A DNA stretch of 64,000 bases from Chrysomallon squamiferum. Its lineage: Eukaryota > Animalia > Mollusca. Below are positions 15,160 to 28,806 of the stretch, piece by piece (the stretch's first letter is position 1; each line of letters starts with the position of its first letter). The stretch covers positions 3,286,001 to 3,350,000 of the forward strand of contig CM022676.1 of assembly GCA_012295275.1 (NCBI GenBank). Direction: 5' to 3'. The notes beneath the pieces were generated by a model. That model made no database searches and was not told the DNA's origin. It saw only the letters and a program-made list of their open reading frames with translations. The translations under genes were made by a program, and so were the position numbers.

Positions 15160-15411
15160 TTAGGTGTCTGCCCAACTCTAGGTTTTAAAAAACATAGCAA
15201 AATTAGTTTTCTATTCACAGAAGAAACGGGAAGATGGTGACATAAATCAGGGAAAAGGGAATCCATATATCGGTTTTGCGACGGGAATAAGCACTAAAAA
15301 TAACAAAACTGAAAACTCGTTCAAACCACAGCAGTCATTTTGAACGGTCGCAATTTGTGTTAAGGAAATGTGTAAACTGCTTTGGGTCAAAGCCACAGTT
15401 ACTCTTATTAA

Positions 15412-15460
<49 letters not shown>

Positions 15461-15465
<5 letters not shown>

Positions 15466-15719
15466 TAAGTGACCATATTTTAGCATGCAGACAAACAAAA
15501 TATTAGGAATGAAAATTAAAAAAAAAAAAAAATAGTAATAAAAAAAAAATGAGGAACAGTTGTAATTAAATGAATAAATATATAATTTTTTGGACATTTT
15601 ATTTCTAATTCAGTAAATAAACGTTTAACTACCAATTCATCAATCTTTATCAGTTGCTGGATAAACAGAACCATAAATGAATGAATAAATGAATGATGAA
15701 TGGACGAATTTACGAATTT
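15461..15719 (+). repeat. Diverged direct repeat, copy 2
   Basis: Same blocks in the same order as 14014-14288. Confidence 0.9.
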
Positions 15720-16194
15720 GTTTTGTCTTGTCTTCTGTACTCTCCTAGCTTGATTTATATTGTTCTGTGTTGTGTTATATGTATTTTCTATCTTCTTTTC
15801 TCAATTCAAATGTTTTTTTTAAATGTGAGTAAGTAATGGAGATGTAGAAACAAGATAAGAGATAATTGACATAGGGAAATAAAAAGACAGGTGACTACAA
15901 TACGGACAAGCTGGTATCATTAGTAATTACAGCCTTCTATAAAACAAGATATGTCATGATTAGACAGACTGTTACAGACTCTTGGTAACAGTATAATACA
16001 GTCTGGTATTTTTACCCGTTTATTTAATAACCTGTGTACACCTTTCATTAACAACGTACCTATTCAATATTTATTTATATATGTGATACATAAACTGAAA
16101 TATTTTTTAAGCTGACGTTGTTAAACTTTTATACATTCTGCATATTCAGCTGAGCAGTGTACTCCTTTCTTTTCTTACAATGTGTATCGTGGTT

Positions 16195-17080
16195 TGTCTT
16201 GTGTTGTATACTGTTCTGTGTTTATCTTGTATACTGTTCTGTTTTTGTCTCGTATACTGTTCTGTCTTGTCATGAATTCTGTTTTGTCTTATCTTGTATA
16301 CTGTTCTCTCTTGTCATGAATTCTGTTTTGTCTTATCTTGTATACTGTTCTATCTTGTGTTATATCCTGTTCTTTCTTGTTTAAACGCTGATCTGTCTTT
16401 TTACATACTCATGTTTAGAACTGTAATTTCTGTGCTCCGTACTTGTTCTTATAACGTTGTATATCGTAATGTATTGCGATCTGACTTTTTATGTATAATG
16501 TGTATATAAATATATATATTTTGTTTCATATTGTGTAAGTTGCTCTTCGTCTTAATGTGCTATTTTATCTTGTAGAGTGTTTCGTCTTCTATATTGTCTT
16601 TTATTATACGTTCTGTATTTTCTTGTGAGCTGTGACTGTCTTGTCAAATACATCATATTCTCTTCTTTTCTCTGTATTCTTTTATCTTGTAGAACATACA
16701 ACTTTTTAGACATTTAATTGTTTACCTTGTCGAGTATACGATATTCAACTTTCATTGTATTCTTCTGCCTCCCCTTCTATCTTGTTAAACATTTTTCTTT
16801 AAACAAATTTACTTATCTTACTATATCCTGTCTCTTTCCTACTGAATGCAACTTATGCTATTTTATATACCGTTCTTAACTGCATCGAACACTCATTTAC
16901 TTTTCTCTTTCATAGTGATATATTGCTAAATGTTTCTTCAAACTATGTGTAATCTTTTCTATAAAACAAACGTACATTGTCTAACTATGTCCTGTTTCTA
17001 TTCTGTTGAATGCAACTTTATGCTCTCTTATATATCGTTCTTTAAATAGTCTTTTATGTTCTTTTTATAGTGCTATATTG
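16195..17080. repeat. Decayed pyrimidine-rich minisatellite (TTCTGTCTTGTATACTG-like, ~17-25 bp units)
   Basis: Clear repeats at 16195-16380 fade into degenerate copies up to ~17.1 kb. This is the source of the VLSCHEFC ORFs. Confidence 0.7.
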
Positions 17081-17520
17081 TCATGTTAATATAATATTCT
17101 AAAATATCTTACATACCAGATAATTTTAGTCCGGTGTATTGTTCCATTTATTTGTTAATCTATTTCAAACACAGTCTTTGATCAATATTTAATTACGATT
17201 TAAATCTTCCTGAGTTTTCTTTCATTAAAACCAAGGACGTTTGTAATAGTGAATATACTCGTTGACACCGCTTGAAATTGCTCAGTAATTTAATAAATGA
17301 ATTAAAAAAAAAACGTATTAAATTATTGAAGCGAAAAATAGACTGTAGGATAGATATGTTAAAAATAAAGAAATAAAATTCGGCTTGTAAAGGTTAAAAA
17401 TATACAGACTGCCCAAAAAAAAAAATGCCATGTTTTAGGATATGTGTATCTATTTCTAAAAAATATATATCCACAACGGAAAAAACAGGTGAAAATATTT
17501 TTATGAAATATTTGAAAATA

Positions 17521-17551
<31 letters not shown>

Positions 17552-18876
17552 AATTATTATTATTATTATTACAAATAGTAGTAGTAGTAGTAGTGGTAGT
17601 AGTAGTAGCAGTAGTAGTAGCAGTTCTTGTAATATTACATACATTTAGCTGCAAATTTATTTTAAAAGTTTTAATTATTATTATTTTTTAAAATAACCTT
17701 TCGAAAATTAAATCCATTTAAAAAAAAAACGAGATAATCTCGTTTTTTTATTATTATTATTACTTTTTTATTTATTATTACAGATTACTCTCAGCTAATT
17801 ATTTCCAGTTTACGTTAACCTCGCGAACGCCTATCTATAGCAATCAGTCTTCAGTAACCTTGATTTGTTTTACTTATAAATTGTATGCTGAGAATGCTGA
17901 AATTAATAACGCCTGGCATCTGAGTGCTTGGAGATTACCTCCAAAGGAAAACATCCTGAAATTATTTGACATTACGTCAGATAAAGGTTGTCTCTGAGAA
18001 CGGTAATAATTCAATTTATTAAAGAACGTATTGAAATAATAATAAAATAAAAATAAAATAAAATAAAATAAAATAAGATAAAATAGAAAAAAATAGAAAA
18101 TAAAATAATAAAAAATAAAATAATGCATGTTATGAAAGCAGTGTTCATAAGTCTGGCGTATTCATTTCCTTCTAAATATAACACATGCGAAATTAAAAAA
18201 TAATAATAATAAACAAAGAAAAACTATAACAAAACAATGCACGACATACATACCAATATTCGTACTAATCCTTAAACGAAATAAATTAACAATACTGAAT
18301 ATTAGTGTGCACCTTCTAAACCGTAACCTTCATAACACAGTCACTGGTTTTTTTTTAAAATTAATAACATGTACACATTACGAGTCGATGTCTTCTTAAT
18401 CTAAATATTTTATTTACTACCCACATGGAAAGACCTGTCAAGTATGTTACTATGCGTTTTCAGTGGCCGTATTTTTGAAACAGATATTTGTAATCAGCTT
18501 ACAAAAGGGATAGAATACATTTCGAGTGCACGTCTTCTTAATCTAGATAACTATATATTCGAATCTTATATGCACAGACATATCCAGCACATCATATTAA
18601 TACAAAACGGTAAACTATTTAGAGTGACATTGTTAGATTTTTGTATTTACACTCTGAGTAAGAGGATATATTAACACTGTACAGAATCACGACTCCTCCA
18701 GGGGACTAGGGGCTCATGCTATCCAAGTATATAAAGAAAGTATGTGCAACGTGTTGCTCTAACAGTGAAGTTTTCGTAATTGTTTATACAGTGTCCCCAT
18801 TGTGTTGCTTTGTCCGAGTCCTATAATGCTATTACGATGTACAGAACAAAATTAAACTATAATAATAATAATAATG

Positions 18877-18936
<60 letters not shown>

Positions 18937-19074
18937 TTTATAAAAAATAATAATAATAAAACAGAATAAAATAAAAGATTTTAGTTTAGATTTTTAGTGA
19001 TAATCCTCTCAAATCTAAATTCTGTTTAAACCATTTAACTAAAAAAAAAATAAATAAAATAAAGCACTATCAAG

Positions 19075-19635
19075 TATATTAATATACAATTTACACTGCA
19101 GTACAATTATAGTATTAAAGATGTGTATGTATATGAAAGCAACATGTGTATTTATACACAACACTACGCTTATGAAATCTGTACCTATATAAAAGATAAA
19201 AATGTATTAAATTACAAATTTATATAATTTTTACATAGCATAACGATTATGCTATCTATAAAAGAAGATTTTTGAAAATGTTCTACACTATAAATAAATA
19301 TTACGTTTATATACGTTTTACATAGCAGTACAGTTATCATACTTAAATTTTGTATCTATATGAATGAGAGAAAAAAAATAGTACAATGTATAATTATATA
19401 CTTTTAACGCAGAAGTACCCATACAATATTAGAGGTTGTTATCTATGTAAAATATGTATTACAGTAAACATTTAAATACTTTTAACACAACAGTACGAAT
19501 ATAGAATATAGTATTAGAAATTTGTACCTATATGAAAGATAAAAATGGATTACATTATAATTTTTTTTTACATAACAGTACGATTCTAGTATAAGAAATC
19601 ATATCTATATGAAAGATAAAAAATGCACTATAGTA
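19075..19635. repeat. Degenerate ~80-90-bp minisatellite, ~7 copies
   Basis: Recurring TTTTACATAACAGTAC..TAGAAATTTGTA(C/T)CTATATGAAAGATAAAAATG. Confidence 0.8.
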
Positions 19636-19880
19636 TAAATGTTAACTGGCAGCTCTCTTATAGTCTAGACATTTCTAATTCTAAATCTTTGACACTTGGC
19701 GCATCTGCATCCGGTAAAATGAAAAAGTTGAAAATGTCTAGCGGCATTTTGATTACTGGATATGATTATGATGATTAGTTTTAGTCCTTTTACATTTATT
19801 TATTTATTTTATTCGGTTACTTATATAATATATGAATTTGTTTTACAAACCTGTTTATACATATGTAAATACATATACCT

Positions 19881-19994
<114 letters not shown>

Positions 19995-20487
19995 TATACA
20001 TATAGATATTTATTTATTTAAATTACTGATTTAATAGAAATATTCAAAACATTCTGAAATAAACATATAATAGACTTTACATCATGAACGAACCTTTCTT
20101 TCTTCTCGTAGTCAGTTTCTGCTAAAACCTATCATTTTTATCTATATTTATTTCTTCCTTTCTTACATTTTTATCTTTTTTCCTTATATCTTTCCTTCAT
20201 TTTTTTCTTCTATCTGTCGTTTGTGCGTTCGTTAAAACTTGTATTATCTAAACAGCCAGACAGAAAACTTTAAAAAATAAAAAAAATTTAAAAAGTAGTT
20301 GTCGAGGTCTATATTTAGAATAAGACCACGCTGACGCTGTAACACTGACCCGAATACAAATATTGAGCGTTCTTTCGTAGCTTGATAAAATTATATAAAA
20401 ATAAAAATGAAAACAATAAAATTAAAATAGCTATATGTATGATTTATACATGTAAATTAATTTAGAAAAGTAGTCACTAGTTTATAA

Positions 20488-20523
<36 letters not shown>

Positions 20524-20968
20524 CTTAAATTTTGTCAAACCATTTCCGGTTAAGCCGGAAATTGCAACGTAGAAATGAAGTATGTCAGAAGACAGAAAAG
20601 AAATCGGAAATATGGATACTAAAATAAAGTTTCTTTTCATCCTAACGATCATGTAAACTAAGCCTGTATTCACTTCAGCCGATCTGTCTGAGTCTCATAA
20701 TTCAATAGACTCGTTTGTCACCATAAAGTTGAAATAGTTTTAGTCTGCTGAAGAATTATTCAACAAAACGAAAAACTTCACTGGTTTTAATTCTTCTCAG
20801 TTGGAAATGAGATCTATGGACCCAGCAAACATATAAACAATGTTTCACCGATGTACTTAACATTTTACAATATAAAATTTCGTATCAGTACATCTTAAAG
20901 TCTGTTATATGACGTTTTCTGTCTATGAGTAGGTGCGTATTAAAAATACCGTATTGTTAATACATAAA

Positions 20969-21051
<83 letters not shown>

Positions 21052-21289
21052 ACGCACACAAAGAAAGATACACGACAGGCATTTCTGAAGACAGTTATAT
21101 TATTTGACATAAAGTTGACTGATGACTGAAAAGAAAATATGATAAATGTATAAATGAGTTTTAATTTTGAAAACGTTATTACCCATGATGGATAACTAAT
21201 AAATACAGTTCTCATTCACATTTAAATGAAAACAAACTTAATCAAGCGGAATATATTTTAGTTTATACTTTGTAATTAAATTAAAGGGA

Positions 21290-21340
<51 letters not shown>

Positions 21341-21745
21341 TATTATAAATTCTTTAGACATTTGAAGACTTGTCATGCATGTGTGTGTGTGTGTGTGTGT
21401 GTGTGCTTAAATATGTATATATGATGTGAAGGGAAAAAAATATAAATGTATTTTCGACACCATTAATATTTTTTTTTAAATAATTTTTTTCTTGTTAATG
21501 TGAAACATTCTTTGATGCAAGTCTAAAATTAATGTTTTGCATGTTTCAAAGTGATTAGAGTCGATTTTGATATAAAAAAAAAAAAGTAGAAGAAAGAGAA
21601 ACATCTTTAGCTCAGCATTACTAAAACCAGCAACCTATATATATATATAATTGATTGCTTGTTTCTTATTTTTTATTTAATTTAATTTATTCTTTGTTTG
21701 TTTACCTATAATGTTTATTTATTTTATTTTATTTTTCATTTCATT

Positions 21746-21788
<43 letters not shown>

Positions 21789-23671
21789 TTTTCTTAAGTA
21801 CGTTAGGAGCGTTTTTTAACAATTATGTGCATATTTGTTTTAAACTTCAAAGTCTTGGAAACAAAACTGAGTTAATAATAAAATATCATAATGATAATTA
21901 TTACAAACTTGGTGGAAGAACTGTTATGTGAAATTAATAATGGATTATCCCTTGAGTTTCTGTATAGGAAATGTAACATTAATGATATCGAAGAAAGGAT
22001 GAACAGAAATAAAAGAGAGAAAATCATCGAAACGAAACGAAACGAAATTAAATGAATCAGTGAACTAAACAAAGCGACTGTCTTTTTGTGATTTTTTTTT
22101 TTTTTTTTTTTTTTTCGAAATACTTAAAAGTTTCTTATTTCACAAACTTATAACAACAACAACAACAACAACAGTACAGCTAAAGATGATGATGATAACG
22201 ACTACTACCACGATGGTGACAACCAATTTCTAATACAGTGTAAATAATTCATTAATTTGATGTCGCTTTATGAATTCTACAAAACATGGTGAAAAAAAAA
22301 CAACGAATTGTATTTAAATTTTGACATTCTGAAAGTTCACAGATCAAAGAATGACTTAATAATGATAGGCAGCATAAAACATGTTTGAAAATCTAACTAA
22401 ACCTTTAAAATTTCGTTGAAAAGCTGATAATTTAAAAGAGTCGGTACATAATTCTGAGACTGAAAGTTCACATATCAACATGAAGGATATAATATTTGTT
22501 CATCTACAGAAAATTTAAAACGATAATAAAATTATAATATAACTTTGAAAAGAATTGACCCTACTGCCTCACAATGAAACCCATGAACAATGTTTGTGAA
22601 AACCAGGAGTTACAGAATGAATATTTGTTTTCAAACAAATACTGAACAATGATAGAAAAAAATTACTTATATATCCGTATGTATGTGTGTGTGTATGTAT
22701 GTGTGTGTATAGAAGTATGAATGTGTTTATATGTGTATGTATATATGTATGGATGGATGTGTGTATGTATGTGTATATGTTTGAATGTATGTTTGTAGGT
22801 ATTTTTTGTATGGGTGTGTGTTGTGTATGTCTATATGTGTATGTGTATGTTTGTGTATGTAGGAGAAATATATTTATATGTTTGTGTGTGTTTATGTGTG
22901 TATGTATGTTTGTCTTTTTTTTAGTGTGTTGTATCATCAGATAGATATTAAATAAATAAAGGAACAAACAAACAGACAACAAAAATAAAGAAATAAACAA
23001 TGAAGAAATTAAATTAAACGAAAAAAGAATGGAAGAAAAAAGATAAATAAAATTAAAATAAACCTATAAATAAATAAATAAACAATCCGAAATATCAATA
23101 AAAGATAACATGAAGCTGTATCTTTAGTATACCTGGCAGAGCATATTTTTAATGAATAATATCATTAATACACATTTAGCTTGTGACACGAATTTCTCAA
23201 AAGTTAGTGCACTTTAAAGTATTTTAATTGTTGATATAGGTTAATAAATTTAATCAAATTAAATCAAATGTACTTTCTATGAACTGATGTAGAAAAGAAT
23301 ATAGAAGATAAAAAAAACAAAACAAATGTGTGTAAGAAAAGAAAAAAGAAGAAAAACAATTAAAAGAAAGAAAGAAATGAAGAAAGATAAGGAACACGAT
23401 GTCACTGCAGTTAACTGCAATGAATAAATACTGCTTTGTTCATTAACTCTATTTTCTTTGATGTGTTCTATTTATGTCTTCGTGCTAATCCTCTCAACGT
23501 AAAACTACCAAATAATCCAGCAGATTAAATAGTGATGATCACAGAGCTGAATGGAAATTATATCATATCTTTGTTACACAAAGAAAAATAAAATAAAATT
23601 AAATGTCTTAACGCCGTTTACTTAGCTTCATTCCTGTACGAGGTAAATAAATGCATTTCAAAGATTGATAT

Positions 23672-23757
<86 letters not shown>

Positions 23758-24478
23758 GTTCTACTTCCTTCTCTGTGCCGTTCATCTTCCTTCCCTCTAT
23801 ATATTTATTTCAGATCGAACTAAAAATTCATAAAATTCCACAATTTATCAAACAAAAGATCTAAATCAAACAATAAGAAATTGTTTAAGTACATATTTTT
23901 ATACATTCAACCAATAGCGATTTAATTTATTCTGCTAATGGTATATTACAATAATACAAAAGAGAATAAAACACAACAAGTTAAAATAATATCAAAATTA
24001 AAGATTATAAATTTTATATATCGTTCTTTTTCTTTTTTTCTTTATTTTTTTTATTTCTATTTTTATTTATTTTTATTTTACTGTTTTTGATTTGATTTGA
24101 TTTGATTTGATTGATTGATTTATTTATAATTTTTACTGCTTTTTTATTTTTATCTTTTTATCATAAAAATTATCGTTATTGTCACTATATTTGAGAAATT
24201 ATTGCAATATCTTTGTTTTTTATTTAACATTTTATTTTAATTTATTTACTTAGTTACTTACTTACTTACTAACTTTTTCTTGTGTTCTTACTCTATTACT
24301 ATGTTTCAGATTGATGGCGTTTAAATTATAAGGATAATTCCATTTTCTTATCAATAACAACGTCCCCCCAAAAAATTAAATTAAATTTTGAATATATTAT
24401 CTACAGTAATCCTATAGACGTTTTGAAAAAATCGATCTAAATTTAAAAATTAATATGCTGTTCAACGGTAGTTTTGAC

Positions 24479-24524
<46 letters not shown>

Positions 24525-25972
24525 AAAAATTAATGTCTATATATCTTTTTTCTTTTCTTGTATTCCTTTTATCCTTCGCCCTTTTTCTTATCGTTTATTT
24601 ATTTATTATATTACTGTTAGACCTATTATTATTACTGTAATAAATAAAAACTAAATAATATCACTGATAATATTTAAAAGAATAAGGACAATATAACACT
24701 AACTTATTACAAGAACAAAACGACAACAACAATACTGACATTAACATAACAGACAAATAAAATAAAAACATGCTACATTGAAAATTAATACAGTATAACA
24801 AATAAAAATGTCAGTTATAATGATAATAATTATAACGACAATAAAAGAAATAACAGAAGAAGAATAAAGAGAAAAAGAATAGCATATTAACCAGACAAAA
24901 ATAAATAAATAAATAAATAAAATTAAAATATATTTAAAAAATTAAAATAAATAAAAATAAAATAAAATAAATATATAAATAAATAAATAAATAACATTAA
25001 ATAAATAAATGATATAATTAAGAAAGAGTTTAGCCGAAATCATTCAGTAAACACATATTAAGAAATATAAGGAAACTATTGTTATTAGTTAGGGTACCCT
25101 AATATACCATATACTTATTTGTATTGCTTGCCATCATGTTTTGGGAACTAGGTAATTTGCCAAGTTGTAAGTGCCAAGTGATATCAGAAATAAAAATTAA
25201 CGACATAGATATTAATGTACAGCATATAAGACATAAACTAAATAAAACGTGTCTTGAGCAATATGTATTTGAAATATAAAACAGTCTATTAAAAGTTTTA
25301 TGTTCAATTTTTATCTTTAATAAATACTTAACGTGTTTCGACCACTGTATTCATGTATTCAGAAAGTGAATGTCTTTATATATATATTAGAATTAAAAAT
25401 AGAATAGATATTCAAATATGACAGCTAATAATTATTTATATTACTAATTATAATAACAACAGTATAAAATAAAAACAATTATTGTACAACTAAATATACA
25501 AAAATTAGAAAATGAATATAGATTATATTATTAAACTATAATAAATACCATTGATAATATTTACATTATACGAAACAAGATGAAAACTAGGAAATATAAT
25601 TAAAATTGATATACGCGTACGCAAAACACAAACTCACGGACACAAACGCACAATACTGAATGAATTAAATAAATTAAAAATGTCATTTCAAAGAAAAATA
25701 AAGAAATACGAATATTAAAACACAAAAAATAGGTTAAATAATCACCGTAAAATATTACCGAATGCACAGATACAAGCTAGTCGACATCACGAGTCAACGT
25801 CCTATTTTCGTAGCTGTCTTTGACACGGAAAACGTCATCGATGTACCGAATAAGTAAAATAACTACCTGTATTACAGTTATTTTAAGTCCTCAGTATGAA
25901 GCTCTAATGTTTTATAACGTGTTTTTTCTTTCTTTCTTTTCTTTTTTTTTTTCTTTTTTATCCTTCCAACAG

Positions 25973-25994
25973 CAATGATTTCGTAGGATCATAG
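25973..25994 (+). other. Candidate 22-nt plus-strand microexon (non-coding or poison)
   Basis: A ~45-nt polypyrimidine tract ends in ccaacag| and the donor is TAG|GTGAGT. All three frames contain a stop codon. Confidence 0.45.
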
Positions 25995-26010
25995 GTGAGT
26001 GAGATCTTAC

Positions 26011-26220
26011 ATCATACATATTCCGGGGCCAGACGGGCCCATGTTCTATTAATAGCACGATATTGCAGACGATTACCGCCAGAGGGCGGGCGTTTTAGAG
26101 TTGTCATGCTAGCTTCGCCAAAATGTGCGTAAGCTTTATTGTTAGAAATATTTTGTATCATATCAGTAAATAGATCAATTTTAGCTTTCAGTATGATTTT
26201 ATCATACTGTTCTGACGAAC
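26011..26220 (-). other. Candidate minus-strand exon (210 nt)
   Basis: The acceptor is ttttttttttctcag|G. Possible donors are GAT|GTAAGA (26011) or TAT|GTATGA (26018). One frame is open for ~69 codons (GSSEQYDKIILK...LAPEYV), with no recognisable homology. Confidence 0.4.
26076..26089 (+). promoter_or_regulatory. CTCF core motif
   Basis: CCGCCAGAGGGCGG closely matches the bilaterian CTCF consensus CC(A/G)SYAGRKGGCR, which is improbable in this AT-rich background. Confidence 0.6.
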
Positions 26221-26916
26221 CTGAGAAAAAAAAAATTAAAAATGAAATAATAATAATTATAATAATAATAAAAAGTGCTGGCAAAGCATATTTCGATGAT
26301 CATATATATTTTTTTTCTTCATCTGTCATTGTTTACATAATCAGAATACCACAAATGTTACAGACATAAAAACATTTCTTTAGTTAAATTTTATTTTTAT
26401 TTGCTGACTTTTATTTATGTATTTATTTTTAATTATTTTATATACTTTTATGTTTCTTTAAGAATTTTTTATTTGATTGTTTGTTTATTTATATGTTTAT
26501 TTCTTTATTTACTTACTTACTTACTTACTTACTTAATTTTTTCTTATTACTTTTCTCAGTCGAACTAAAAGGTTTTCATCATAACATATTTATTAATTTA
26601 TCAGTAATAACAGATTAATATCTAATGAGATAAAAAGTAAAACATTCAAATGAAGTATACATTTTAAAATAGTATCTTCTTCAAAACGCAATCACTGTCA
26701 GAATATAAATATGATGATGATGATGATGATGATAATGATTAAAAAGCAACAAATAAGTCCAGTAATAGTGTTTTGTGATTATAAGTAATTCAGTGAAGGT
26801 GTACATGTTCGGTTATATACGCTCATTGATGAACTATGAATCACTATATTAAATAATTTATTACTGCACATATTTATGTATGTATCTACGCATAAATGTT
26901 TGTATGTATGTATATA

Positions 26917-26972
<56 letters not shown>

Positions 26973-27389
26973 GTATTATTTTACTATTATTATTAAATAA
27001 ATAAATAAATATGAGTGTACGAACTTACAAAAAAATAATTTGTTTTGTAATTTATTCACAGAGATAGATATGGTCTCATTCACACATACATTCATAATAT
27101 ATACTCTATAGATTGTCTCTCCAACACATACACAACACACACACACACAGGTATACACCTCCGTGACAGACATGTATTATCTTTGTCATGCACATACACG
27201 CTTAAATGTAAACAATATAGCAGACACAAAAACTGCATTAACTTGTAACAGTAGTGATTCAAAAATTGAGATATGATCAATATTAATCTGTCATGTGTCT
27301 CCATAGCGACAGACCAAATCATAATTTTATAGTTACCTCACACGGTGTAGGTTATATTAAAATCAAATTAATAATGATATAAATTAAAA

Positions 27390-27428
<39 letters not shown>

Positions 27429-27522
27429 AATAAAAAAAAAAAAAAGGAAGAAAGAAATTCATAACAAGATAAAAAAAAAAAATAATAATAATAACACAAA
27501 ATTAATTATATGGAACAAAAAA

Positions 27523-27553
<31 letters not shown>

Positions 27554-27583
27554 AGAAAGAAAAGTTTTTCAAAACATTAGTGC

Positions 27584-27650
27584 AGCCAATCAATTGTTCC
27601 AGTTCAAAACTTCAAAGTGGTCACGTGACATAGTTCTCGAGCACTCGTGA
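27584..27650. promoter_or_regulatory. CCAAT box + GTCACGTGAC (USF/TFE, CLEAR-type) module
   Basis: AGCCAATCA at 27584-27592 and the perfect 10-bp palindrome GTCACGTGAC at 27620-27629. Confidence 0.5.
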
Positions 27651-27855
27651 AGGTGAATAACGACATAATATCGTGCAGTTGTATGTCCTATAACTGTGAC
27701 TATTATTATCATTTTATATATCTGTGTGTGTGTGTGAAATATATTTAATATATTTCTTTCTGATATATATAGTTACTCTCATTTTCCGTCTATCAATCGG
27801 TGTTTGTGTGTGTGAAAAATGAAATGTATATATACATATATATTGATACATACAG

Positions 27856-27980
<125 letters not shown>

Positions 27981-28411
27981 GGTGTATGTATTTGTTTGTT
28001 CTGTTTTGTATGTGTGTATTGGATGGTGGGTTAGAATTATATTACGGCCACAGCTGGTGCAACCTTCACCTGATAAATGTTGTTCTCACCTGTACAGAAA
28101 CGCTGACTTTGCATTTTCCACACAGGTGTGCATGTCTGTAGCTTACGTGTTAGAGAGTGTCTGTGTTTGCATTGTGTATTGATCACAGTCTAGTCTCATA
28201 TTTATCTTTGTCTGATTGCTAATAGCCAATGTATTCGTGAAATATGAGAATAAGTTGAAGCGTTTCTACGTATACAAAAGCATGTGTGTGGTGTGTGTGT
28301 GTGTGGAGAGAGAGAGAGAGAGAGAGACGTATAAAAATACAGAAACATTTCTCACACATACATACATACACACATCCACAAACATTTATATGAAAAGACA
28401 CATACAGATGG

Positions 28412-28442
<31 letters not shown>

Positions 28443-28513
28443 CACATGTTCTCTCAGAATCTTTATATTAATATAATGAAATATCTAGCTAGAGAATATT
28501 CACTTTTAAAAAT

Positions 28514-28576
<63 letters not shown>

Positions 28577-28770
28577 CCCTCAGATACACATACAAACACT
28601 AGTATAAAGAACAAACCATTCCTCTTTTCTGTTTTTTTTGTTATTATTAAGGTTACATTTCCTTCTTTTCGTTTTTTACAACCAGAAATAAAAGCATGCA
28701 GAAAATTTAATTAGAAAATGTAGAACGCGCACAAGCTAGAAATTCAAGTTGGACAATGGAATGAAAAGTC

Positions 28771-28806
28771 ACTTCCGGCTTGTCACATCGAGACGCTGAT
28801 TTCCGG
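28771..28806. promoter_or_regulatory. Tandem ETS/GABP-type sites
   Basis: ACTTCCGG at 28771-28778 and ATTTCCGG at 28799-28806, in a CpG-containing patch. Confidence 0.35.

Noticed and set aside
15221-15343. Plus-strand terminal coding exon KKREDGDINQGKGNPYIGF...
   Set aside because: The acceptor is plausible, but it covers only 40 codons with no recognisable homology and no supporting upstream coding exons.
17939-17955. 17-nt minus-strand microexon (atttcag|...GAG|GTAATC)
   Set aside because: The pyrimidine tract is poor, and matches of this quality are expected by chance.
23128-23142. U1 snRNA-like TACCTGGCAG
   Set aside because: Only ~10 nt match and the rest of U1 is absent.
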